DNA of 62,111 nt, taken from contig CAZQCK010000002.1 in assembly GCA_964591925.1 (NCBI GenBank), forward strand, positions 2,647 to 64,757, given 5' to 3'. The position numbers were made by a program, and so were the translations under genes. How positions within the stretch are numbered: the stretch's first letter is position 1; each line of letters begins with the position of its first letter. Source of the DNA: an uncultured Desulfobacterales bacterium. GTDB lineage: Bacteria; Desulfobacterota; DSM-4660; Desulfatiglandales; HGW-15. Under the pieces are notes generated by a model. That model had not been told where the DNA came from. It was given only the letters and a program-made list of their open reading frames with translations, and did no database searches. Positions 28,517 through 36,542 of the stretch are shown here, in pieces.

Positions 28517-29848
28517 ATGGCATTTCCAACCAAAGTAAAATACGTAATCATCGGGGCGGGCGTTCACGGCCTGAGCACCGCCTGGCATCTGGCCAAGGAG
28601 CTCAAGGCCGGAAAGGCCGGCTCCGGAGAGGACATCCTGCTCCTGGACAAGACCGCCATCGGCGCGGGGGCTTCAGGTATCGCCTGCGGTGTAATCCGCA
28701 ACAACTACTTCCAGCCGGCCATGCGCGAGCTCATGGCCCAGAGTGTGGACGTATGGGAAGAGGACGCGGAAGGGTACGGATACAACCCCCTGGGATACAT
28801 GCAGATATCCTGTGAATCCATGCATGCGGACGTGGCCACCATCTATGAACAGCAAAAGGCCATCGGCTATGAGTCCGTGTTCGTGGAGGGAGAGAAGGAC
28901 TGCCTCGATTACATGCGAAAGCACATCTTTCACGACTGGCAGGCCAAAAACATAACCTCCGTACTCCACGAGAAAAAGGGTGGATTCGCCTACAACATGC
29001 GTTCCCTTTACCGGCTGGCGGACAAGGCCGAGGCAGAAGGCGTGCGCATAATGACCGACGTCCGGGTCACAGGGCTTCCCATGCAGGGCGACACGGTCAC
29101 GGCCGTGGAAACGGACAAAGGAACCATTGAGTGCGACTACGTGATCTGCGGGCCCGGCCCATGGGCCAAGACCTTCTGGGACATGCTGGGGCTCCCCAAC
29201 GAGATCGACATTCTGGGACGCGACGGGAGTGTCCACAAGGGCGTCCCCATGTGGACCTACTGGTGCCTTGTGGAGGGAACCCTGGGAGTGGAACCGGAGG
29301 TGGGCTATGACAACAACGGCAATCCTCCGCCGGTGATCCATGTAGACACCGACGCACCTCTTTACTCCAGTGAGGACGGATCGCTGATCACGGACAAGAT
29401 TTGGGGGATCTATTACAAACCGGACCTGAATTTCGGCGGCATTCAGGGCGGATCGGCCCCCTACATCGTGGAAGGTTATCCTGAGGTGGATCCTTACGGC
29501 ATCGATTCTCCCGACTTTGTCGTGGGCCCCGAGTTCGTTCACATGTGGACATCGGCCCTGGCCCACTGTCAGAAGCGATATGAGGACAAATACCGTTTCT
29601 ACAAGAACATCCCTTCAGGCGGGCTCGGCTGCTTCACTCCGGACAACTTCCCCATTTTCGACGCCTTGAAGGAAAACTGCTACCTCATGCTGGATTCGAA
29701 CCACGGCTACAAGATGATCGGCGTAGGAAAGCTCGTGGCCAAAGAAGTACTGAACGAAGAACAAGAGCTGCTCAAGCCGTTCCGTTTCGAGCGTTATGAA
29801 AAAGGGGAGCTGCACCCGGTCTCTCACAGCCCCTTCCCATGGAGCTGA
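28517..29848 (+). CDS. FAD-dependent oxidoreductase (DAO family, sarcosine oxidase beta-subunit-like)
   Basis: 443 aa with a dinucleotide-binding motif (KYVIIGAGVHGLSTAWHLAKE). The overall pattern and C-terminus (FRFERYEKGEL) resemble SoxB-type enzymes. Confidence 0.8.
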   Translation: MAFPTKVKYVIIGAGVHGLSTAWHLAKELKAGKAGSGEDILLLDKTAIGAGASGIACGVIRNNYFQPAMRELMAQSVDVWEEDAEGYGYNPLGYMQISCESMHADVATIYEQQKAIGYESVFVEGEKDCLDYMRKHIFHDWQAKNITSVLHEKKGGFAYNMRSLYRLADKAEAEGVRIMTDVRVTGLPMQGDTVTAVETDKGTIECDYVICGPGPWAKTFWDMLGLPNEIDILGRDGSVHKGVPMWTYWCLVEGTLGVEPEVGYDNNGNPPPVIHVDTDAPLYSSEDGSLITDKIWGIYYKPDLNFGGIQGGSAPYIVEGYPEVDPYGIDSPDFVVGPEFVHMWTSALAHCQKRYEDKYRFYKNIPSGGLGCFTPDNFPIFDALKENCYLMLDSNHGYKMIGVGKLVAKEVLNEEQELLKPFRFERYEKGELHPVSHSPFPWS

Positions 29849-30414
29849 CGATCCTCGGGTCTGGAGGGTGCACGGTCATTCCCAAGCCCTGTTGCAGGTG
29901 CAAGGTGTGTGAGGAGGCCAGAAGCAGGGGCGTTCCTTTTGCAAGATCGGGCCCTTCGGCCTTTGTCCACGACATTCGGCTGCTGATCGACACCCCGGCG
30001 GAAATCGCCCAACAGCTCAACCGGGAATGCATCGAGCAAGTGGAGCATCTTCTCTTCACCCACCTGGATCCGGATCACGTGGAAGGATTCCGCGTGGTCG
30101 AACAGATCGCCCTCGATTTCCGCACCTGGCGCGCCTACTCGGACAAACGCATCCGCCTGCTTCTTCCGCGTGCACTCGAGGAGAGAATGCACGGGATTCG
30201 ATCCGCATACGGCCCGCTGATCGATTTTTATGTGGGGCAGGGCTTTGTCGAGCCCGTCCTGTTCGAGGACTCGATCGATATTCAGGGCGTCGCAATACAG
30301 GCCGTCCCCATTGATCGCGGAGATCAGACCACGTTTGTGTACGTGTTCAACGACGGTGAGAAAAAGATGGTCTACGCACCTTCTTTTGATCACCCGCCGA
30401 AGCCGGGGGATTGA
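29839..30414 (+). CDS. PqqB/PhnP-like metallo-beta-lactamase-fold protein, N-terminal half only
   Basis: 191 aa. LGSGGCTVIPKPCCRCKVCEEAR resembles the Cys-rich N-terminus of PhnP/PqqB. The metal motif reads THLDPDH instead of HxHxDH. The ORF stops where family members continue. It overlaps the upstream gene by 10 nt. Confidence 0.55.
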   Translation: MELTILGSGGCTVIPKPCCRCKVCEEARSRGVPFARSGPSAFVHDIRLLIDTPAEIAQQLNRECIEQVEHLLFTHLDPDHVEGFRVVEQIALDFRTWRAYSDKRIRLLLPRALEERMHGIRSAYGPLIDFYVGQGFVEPVLFEDSIDIQGVAIQAVPIDRGDQTTFVYVFNDGEKKMVYAPSFDHPPKPGD

Positions 30415-30442
30415 ATCAACTCTAACGGCAAGGAGAACCATA

Positions 30443-31663
30443 ATGGAATCGACGGAAGCCTTGAACAACCAGGATGAAGAGAACCTCCCTCTGGAAGAGA
30501 CCGAGTTTATTAGACGCATTCATCAGGATGCGCTGCGGGTACTGGAGGAGGTGGGGGTGCGGTGTACCTCGTCCGTTGTGCGCCGCATCTTCGAAGAAAC
30601 GGGCCTGGCGGCTTATGACGAGAGCAGAGGTCACCTGCACGTTCTGACGCCCCTGGTTGAACAGGCCCTGAGCACGGTCCCCAAACGGGACACGTACTGG
30701 ATTCCGGAGAACTCCTTCGGGGTCGGGGGTACCTCCCCGTTCGTATACGACGATCAGACCGGTGAACTCATCGAACCGACCCTCGATCACCTCATCCACA
30801 TCGCCAAGACCGTAAACCAGGCCGACGGTGTCAACTTCATGGCCCGGGGGGTCCTCCTGAAGAAACAGGAGGTCAAGGTCATGGACACGATCGTGGAACA
30901 CTGTGACAAGCCTGTTTACGTGGCTGCGGTCACCGAGGAGGGCATTGCTCGCGCCAAGGAGATCCATGAAACCCGCGGGGGGATCACCATTCAGTTTTCC
31001 ATCCTCAACAGCCCGCTTTTACTCATCGAAAGCATGGTTGAACCCTTCCTGGCGTGCATCAAGGCGGGACTTCCCATCTACGTCTCCACCATGCCCATGG
31101 CCGGTCTGAGCGCCCCTTACTCCATGTCAGGACTGCTGACCCTTACGCACGCCGAGGCCTTGTTCGGCATAACCCTGACCCAGCTCGTCAACCCGGGGCT
31201 CACCACGGTCCACGCAGGGCTTCCTTCCATCGCGAACATTCAGAGAAACTACGCCGTGGACCTCGGCCTCGTTTCTCACAACGCGGCCAATCTGCTCATA
31301 GAAAAGGTGAGTAAAAGGCTGAACATCCCGTCCATCCAGACCGCCTGCACCACCAGCCAGGAGCACCCCAACAAAAAGGCCGAGGAAGAAGGGGCGGCCG
31401 GGTTCGCCATGATGAAAAAGCACGGCTTTCACCAGATGCGGCACGCCTTCGGCTTTCTCAAGGAACTGGTGTCCTTTTCCATAGCCAAACTGGAGCGCCA
31501 CATCGAGCTGATGCGGGAAACCGGTCCCGAGCAGGCCCCGGAGTACGACTTCCTCGTATACGACCCCGAAGGCCTGGAGGTGATCATTCGAAACGGCACC
31601 CAGGCCAACTACATGCGGGACGATCACACCCTCAAGAACACGGGCAAGGCCTTTCTGTACTGA
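30443..31663 (+). CDS. MttB-superfamily protein, short non-Pyl paralog 2
   Basis: 406 aa starting at MESTEALNN (aaggag RBS). It is collinear with paralog 1 (IHQDALRVLEEVGV..., MPMAGLSAPY..THAEALFG..LVNPG). Confidence 0.7.
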   Translation: MESTEALNNQDEENLPLEETEFIRRIHQDALRVLEEVGVRCTSSVVRRIFEETGLAAYDESRGHLHVLTPLVEQALSTVPKRDTYWIPENSFGVGGTSPFVYDDQTGELIEPTLDHLIHIAKTVNQADGVNFMARGVLLKKQEVKVMDTIVEHCDKPVYVAAVTEEGIARAKEIHETRGGITIQFSILNSPLLLIESMVEPFLACIKAGLPIYVSTMPMAGLSAPYSMSGLLTLTHAEALFGITLTQLVNPGLTTVHAGLPSIANIQRNYAVDLGLVSHNAANLLIEKVSKRLNIPSIQTACTTSQEHPNKKAEEEGAAGFAMMKKHGFHQMRHAFGFLKELVSFSIAKLERHIELMRETGPEQAPEYDFLVYDPEGLEVIIRNGTQANYMRDDHTLKNTGKAFLY

Positions 31664-31682
31664 ATCCACGACCCATGAATAA

Positions 31683-31716
31683 GGGGACGGCGCGATTCTC
31701 CTGCGCTGTCGTCCCC
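31683..31716 (+). terminator. GC-rich stem-loop after MttB-like 2 (no U-tract)
   Basis: ggggacg-gcgcgattctcctgcgctgt-cgtcccc. This could be a terminator or a processing/stability hairpin. Confidence 0.25.
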
Positions 31717-31737
31717 ACCGACTCCGTAACGTCTTGA

Positions 31738-31869
31738 ACCTGAATTGAGCGATTGTCGAGTTTGCCGAAGATGCAAGGAAGAAGGTGCTTCGCTATACTC
31801 AGGTATGCGAAGCGCCGAATGACGCCGCAGATTCGGTAAAAGCTGCAATTTGAAACGCTCAATTCAGGT
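31738..31869. mobile_element. MITE, short (132-bp) copy with 14-bp TIRs and a TGA target-site duplication
   Basis: The left TIR acctgaattgagcg and right TIR cgctcaattcaggt are perfect reverse complements. The element is flanked by tga (31735-31737) and tga (31870-31872). Over the first ~104 bp it differs from the 54197 copy at only 2 positions. Confidence 0.8.
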
Positions 31870-31950
31870 TGACATCTCGCCCCCTATTCTGCAGATTGTT
31901 GCGGCAGCGGAGGCGACCGGGTACGCCACCGAGCTGAAAGGGGGGCGATC

Positions 31951-34900
31951 GTGTGTGGTATCGTGGGATATTTCGGAGACGCCGGGAACAACCTCACCCG
32001 CGTGCTCACCGCCATGTCGGCCATCACATACAGGGCACCCGACAGCACGGGAGTAGGATTCTTCGGAGATGAAACCGAACCTCTCCGCACCCGCAAATCC
32101 CTTGGTTCGGTGGCCCCCCTGGTCGACGTCCTGGTCGACATTCCCGCCTACCCCAACGCGGCCGAAACATTTCACACCCTGCTGAAAAACCCGAATGAAC
32201 CCGTGCGAAACGCGCAGAAGCGGGTCCTGGAGTTCGAGGGACTTCCCCTGGACATCTTCGAAGCCCTGGACCGGGGCGAGACCTCTTATTGTTCTTTCGA
32301 GGATCTGGTCAACACGGACGACCCTTTGAACCTGGAGCCGGGAAGGCCGGGCCGACCGGATCCACTGCCCCGGGTCGCGATTCGCTCCAGAAAACAGTTC
32401 CAGCGTGTCATTCAAGAGCTCACCTGCAAGTACGACCTTTCTCCCGTAGTGGTTCGCACCCTGATTAGACGGCCCCTGGCCGAGGCCTTGAGCCGCGACT
32501 TCCAAAACGGCTCACTGACCGCTCAACCTATGGAAATCCTCAATGCCTTTGACCGGTTGTTCGATACCGCTTCGCGGGAAGAACGCTCTCCCCGGCCGCA
32601 GCGCATGTACAGTGCCGTACATCCGGACGCGCCTTATGCCGAACGCTATCTCTGGCAATACCTGGTGCGCATTCCCGTGCAGGTCCCTTCAGACTTCGAT
32701 CGAGACGGTGTCCGTTGCCTGTTCAGGCTTCTGGATGCGGCCCTGCTCAGCCGGGCCTCTTCCACACCGCAGCTGGGACCTGCCATACAGGAAACCTTCG
32801 AGTGGCTCTGGCCGGAAGGAAAAGGGGTTCAAACGACCGAGGGGTGGCGATCATGGTATTGGGCTGAAAAGGGCGTCAATGTGTTCGGGCGGGCGGCCTC
32901 CGCTGTTCTCGCCCATTTGCAACGACATGAGATTCTGCCGTCCCTGGCCATGCTGGAGGAAACCGGCGAACAGGGCGTCGAACTCCCGGCGGACGGCCGC
33001 ACGGACCCCTTCACTCTGAGGGCACTGGCCTGCCCGGTGCTCAGTCAGGGGCGATGGGCCCTTCAGTCGCCGGTAACCCTCAAAAACGCCCACCCCTTCT
33101 ATGATCACTTGCGGCACCGCGTCATCGTCCTCAACGGGCAGTTCAGCGGAGACCTGGAGGAAAACCTTCGGCGATTCCTAGAGAACGTGGCCGGATATGA
33201 TTTGCGAAGCCGGAACTCTTCCGAGTATTTCGCGCTCCTCTGGGGGTACTACTACGATGTGTTTCGAGGAGAACAGGGACGCTATGAGGCGGTCCGCGCT
33301 CAGATCGACCGGCACCTGGAGGCCTTCGGCATCGGCAGCCGCTCAATTGACTATGAAATCTACCAGCGGCTGCACGGCAAGTCTCCGGCGGAGCTCGATG
33401 CCGCTGCCTTTGTAGAGGCCGCCCGGTGCATGGCCCGGGACGGAGGACAAATCGCTGTTTCCGGCATGGGCCTGTTGAGCCCCCGCACCCTGTACGTGGC
33501 CAGCCACAACCGCCCTGTGTTCATTGTCCACCGTGCCGGCACGCAGGATTTCATGGTTGTCTCCGATGTCAATGCCGCCATGGGCCTGTTCCCGCAAGAA
33601 ATCATCCACGAAAAGGCCCTGGAGCTGTACAGGATTCAAAAAATACATCAAAGGGAGATCGCCGATCTCCGCGCACAAGGGGTTCGCAGGGAAAAGATCG
33701 TAGGGACCAAAAAACGCCAGGAACAAGAGGAAGGGCGTATCCTGGAAACCTTTGCCGTGAAGGTTTATCCCCTGGAGGGCGAAGAGGCGTTTGCCCGCAT
33801 TCAAACGAGCCCCACCTCGTCCGGGCCGGTCCGTATGGTGACCATCACGGATTTCCAGGGAAGGCCCCTTCCCTCTGTGGAACCTTTCCAGACAAGACTC
33901 AACCCTCTTCAGACCGGAAAAGACCTCCACCGCTCCTTTTACGAAACCCATTTGCTCGAGACGCCGGAGCGCTTTGAACAGATTCTTCAACTCCGCGTGT
34001 CCGAAGAGGACGAAACGCCCCGATTCGAGCTCAGGGAAAGCCTCTTGAGGAGACGCTTCGGCCGCCACCTGGCTTCCCTGGGCCGAATCGTCCTTATGGG
34101 CATGGGCAGCGCTCATCATGCCGGCATCATGGCCAGGCGCACCCTGCAGCTCGCCTTGCCGGAAATCGAGGTGGTCTCCTTGAGACCGGTGGAGGTGGAG
34201 GATCTGAAGCGCTCGATCATACCGGAAAAGGATCTGGTCCTTCTTCTGAGCTGGTCCGGGACCACGGCGGACATGGTCCGCACGGCCAACGAGCTCACAT
34301 CCATGAAGGCGGCGTGTATCGGCGTCACGGAAAAGGCGTTCTCCGATGTGGGCCTGATCACTTCCCGCAGCGTGGGCGTCATCCCCGTTCTGAGTGGTGA
34401 AGAGGTCACGGTACCGGGACTGAAAAGTATTCTCTGTATGATGTTCAACGTTTCTCTCTTCGCGGTCTGGCTTTCCTCCAGGGCGAGACCTGGCACGAAT
34501 ACGGGCCGGCTCATGGAGGGGCTTCAAGGTCTTCCCGACGTCCTCTCCGATGTGCTTCACGACGAGGCAATCGCCTCCTTCTGCCATGATCTGGCAACGA
34601 AAAGTGCCCGGAGCCGATGCGCCATGGTGATCGACGCGCTCTACTCCACCGGTGCGGGCCGCGAAGCCGCGTTTAAACTGGAAGAGACCAGCTGGAACGC
34701 CATCAGCCGCTCACTGGACTACAGGGAAGCCGCCGAGGGGCTGCCCGGGCATGATCCCTCCCGAGACCTGGTCCTCCTGAACGCGACGAACCAGGAGCGC
34801 ATTTCCGAGGCGCTGGACATCATGAGGATGCTTACGGCAAAAGACATGCCTTTTGCCGTGGTGGGGTTCTCCGGCAGACACCAGGCGGAAATGGAACAAG

Positions 34901-36510
34901 CCGCTGGAAGCGGTTTTATCGCCCTTCCCAAGATTGAAGACGAGCTCCAGCCTTTTGTGGACCTTGCATTCTATTACCAATTCGCTTTCCAATACGGTCT
35001 TGCTCACGGCAGGACATCCGAGGACTTCCCGCGCAACCGGGCCAAATCCGTGACTGCGGGACGTTCCTCAGGCCGGACCGGTCTCACGCCCGCCGCCGAG
35101 ATACTGGAAATGGAAACAACCGGAACCCACCCTGTGGTGTGCAACGCGGACCTCCCCCCGCTCTCTGAAGAGAGCCTGTGGGAGCAGGCCGCCTCTACGC
35201 CCTCTGAACGGACTTACTACGCGGGCATGAGAAAGCTGGCCGCAGCCTTACTCGAAGAAGGCGGCCCGGAAACCCTCCTCCATGCTTCCCGTTCCCGCCC
35301 CTTCAGGCTGGCCAAGACGCTCTTCGAGCAGGCACCGGATGAAGGAGAGCTGCTCCTGGTACCGATGGACAGGGCCGCCCACAGCACGGCGCGGACGCTC
35401 GGCATTCACTGGGGGCGCTTGCTGGGATGCGGTGTCCGTGTGGCCACACCGGAGGACATTCTGGCGCACCCACCCCAGGATGTACCCGTCTTCCACCTCG
35501 CGACCCGCCGTCCGAATCCCTCATCTCTTTCAGCCCTGGTGCAAGAGACATTTTCGCCCTGTTTCTACTGCGGCCCGGAACTTCCCGAAAAGGCTGCCTC
35601 CATGTTCGACACGAGGCTCGGGCACTGCGTCCTGCCCGACGAATTGCAGCCCTGCGCCGAGGAAGCCCTTTATGCCGGCTTGTTCCTTCTGTTCGCCGAC
35701 GCCTGGAAACGGGTGAACCTTGCGAGGGGCGCCACCGCTTTGCAGCAGTTGCGTCAATGCGCTCCGGCCGTCCATGCGGTCCTGAACAGCACCTCTCTTC
35801 GAGAGTCCATCTCCGAAGCCGTGCTGGACAATCGTGATTATACCACAGCCTTTTTCATCGGCCAGCCGGGGGGAACCGGGACCGCCTGGGTGCGCCGCTT
35901 CGATGAAATCTCTTGTCTTGCCATGGAATCCTATCTCTTCGGTGAGAGCGTTCACGGCCCTCTGGTGACGGTGGACTCCCGCGTGGATGTCAAGTACGTC
36001 CGAATCGAGGCTCGATCCAAAATGATCTCCACCCACGGAGAAGACCGCTTGTCCGCATGGGAGTCCCAATGCCTGAAGGGACAAACCGTGGACGATTTCC
36101 TCGCAAATCCGCCTCGAAACGTCCCGTTCTACCCACGAAGCCCCTTCTATGCGGAAGGCAGCTGGTATTTCCCGGTTCTCAGGCCCGGCTACAACCCGGA
36201 AAACGACAATCTGATCCTGCTGGACGCCACCAGCGATCGGTTCATCGGACAAATCCTGGACGAAATGGCTACCTACGGATGCCGCTACGCCCGGGTGATT
36301 CTTATCTCTCAGCAGGCGATAGAGGCAAGGCCGGATCGAAGGACACTGCACCGGTATCCCATCGGGCACGCACTCTCCCTTCCCTCCCTGTGGAGCGGCG
36401 GGCGGGAAAGGCCCATATCGGATCTCGCTCTCCCTCTGGTGCTCAACCTGGTCTCCATGGCCATGGCGTCCGAAACCAAACCCGGCCGTGCCGGTATCTC
36501 CATTCATTGA
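31951..36510 (+). CDS. 1519-aa GlmS-like protein: interrupted class II glutamine amidotransferase domain + SIS pair + additional SIS-like C-terminal module
   Basis: GTG start, then CGIVGYFG (Ntn Cys), then GRWALQSPVTLKNAHPF ~310 residues later. SIS motifs are present (RIVLMGMGSAHHAG, LLLSWSGTTADM, GREAAFKLEETSW). A GlmS-like C-terminal FPRNRAKSVT sits at residue ~1030 and is followed by ~480 more residues with another SIS-like signature (FFIGQPGGTGTAWVRRFDEISCLAMESYLFGESVHGPLV). Confidence 0.85.
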   Translation: MCGIVGYFGDAGNNLTRVLTAMSAITYRAPDSTGVGFFGDETEPLRTRKSLGSVAPLVDVLVDIPAYPNAAETFHTLLKNPNEPVRNAQKRVLEFEGLPLDIFEALDRGETSYCSFEDLVNTDDPLNLEPGRPGRPDPLPRVAIRSRKQFQRVIQELTCKYDLSPVVVRTLIRRPLAEALSRDFQNGSLTAQPMEILNAFDRLFDTASREERSPRPQRMYSAVHPDAPYAERYLWQYLVRIPVQVPSDFDRDGVRCLFRLLDAALLSRASSTPQLGPAIQETFEWLWPEGKGVQTTEGWRSWYWAEKGVNVFGRAASAVLAHLQRHEILPSLAMLEETGEQGVELPADGRTDPFTLRALACPVLSQGRWALQSPVTLKNAHPFYDHLRHRVIVLNGQFSGDLEENLRRFLENVAGYDLRSRNSSEYFALLWGYYYDVFRGEQGRYEAVRAQIDRHLEAFGIGSRSIDYEIYQRLHGKSPAELDAAAFVEAARCMARDGGQIAVSGMGLLSPRTLYVASHNRPVFIVHRAGTQDFMVVSDVNAAMGLFPQEIIHEKALELYRIQKIHQREIADLRAQGVRREKIVGTKKRQEQEEGRILETFAVKVYPLEGEEAFARIQTSPTSSGPVRMVTITDFQGRPLPSVEPFQTRLNPLQTGKDLHRSFYETHLLETPERFEQILQLRVSEEDETPRFELRESLLRRRFGRHLASLGRIVLMGMGSAHHAGIMARRTLQLALPEIEVVSLRPVEVEDLKRSIIPEKDLVLLLSWSGTTADMVRTANELTSMKAACIGVTEKAFSDVGLITSRSVGVIPVLSGEEVTVPGLKSILCMMFNVSLFAVWLSSRARPGTNTGRLMEGLQGLPDVLSDVLHDEAIASFCHDLATKSARSRCAMVIDALYSTGAGREAAFKLEETSWNAISRSLDYREAAEGLPGHDPSRDLVLLNATNQERISEALDIMRMLTAKDMPFAVVGFSGRHQAEMEQAAGSGFIALPKIEDELQPFVDLAFYYQFAFQYGLAHGRTSEDFPRNRAKSVTAGRSSGRTGLTPAAEILEMETTGTHPVVCNADLPPLSEESLWEQAASTPSERTYYAGMRKLAAALLEEGGPETLLHASRSRPFRLAKTLFEQAPDEGELLLVPMDRAAHSTARTLGIHWGRLLGCGVRVATPEDILAHPPQDVPVFHLATRRPNPSSLSALVQETFSPCFYCGPELPEKAASMFDTRLGHCVLPDELQPCAEEALYAGLFLLFADAWKRVNLARGATALQQLRQCAPAVHAVLNSTSLRESISEAVLDNRDYTTAFFIGQPGGTGTAWVRRFDEISCLAMESYLFGESVHGPLVTVDSRVDVKYVRIEARSKMISTHGEDRLSAWESQCLKGQTVDDFLANPPRNVPFYPRSPFYAEGSWYFPVLRPGYNPENDNLILLDATSDRFIGQILDEMATYGCRYARVILISQQAIEARPDRRTLHRYPIGHALSLPSLWSGGRERPISDLALPLVLNLVSMAMASETKPGRAGISIH

Positions 36511-36542
36511 TCAGGCGTTTCATAGAACAAAAGGGGGAATTA

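Noticed and set aside
30230-30442. Upstream extension of MttB-like 2 (track ORF starts at 30230)
   Set aside because: The extension overlaps the MBL gene in another frame and is Arg/Ser/Thr-rich. The Met at 30443 has a good RBS and aligns with the N-terminus of paralog 1.
25556-31663. Possible pyrrolysine (in-frame TAG) recoding in the MttB-family genes
   Set aside because: Both ORFs are uninterrupted. The first ends in TAG, but a second stop follows 4 codons later. The second ends in TGA. I saw no pyl genes in the window.
31841-31869. ctgcaatttgaaacgctcaattcaggt resembles a CRISPR repeat (..atttgaaac..)
   Set aside because: It occurs only as single copies at the ends of the MITE (also at 54425-54453 and 10759-10783). 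There is no regularly spaced array and there are no cas genes.
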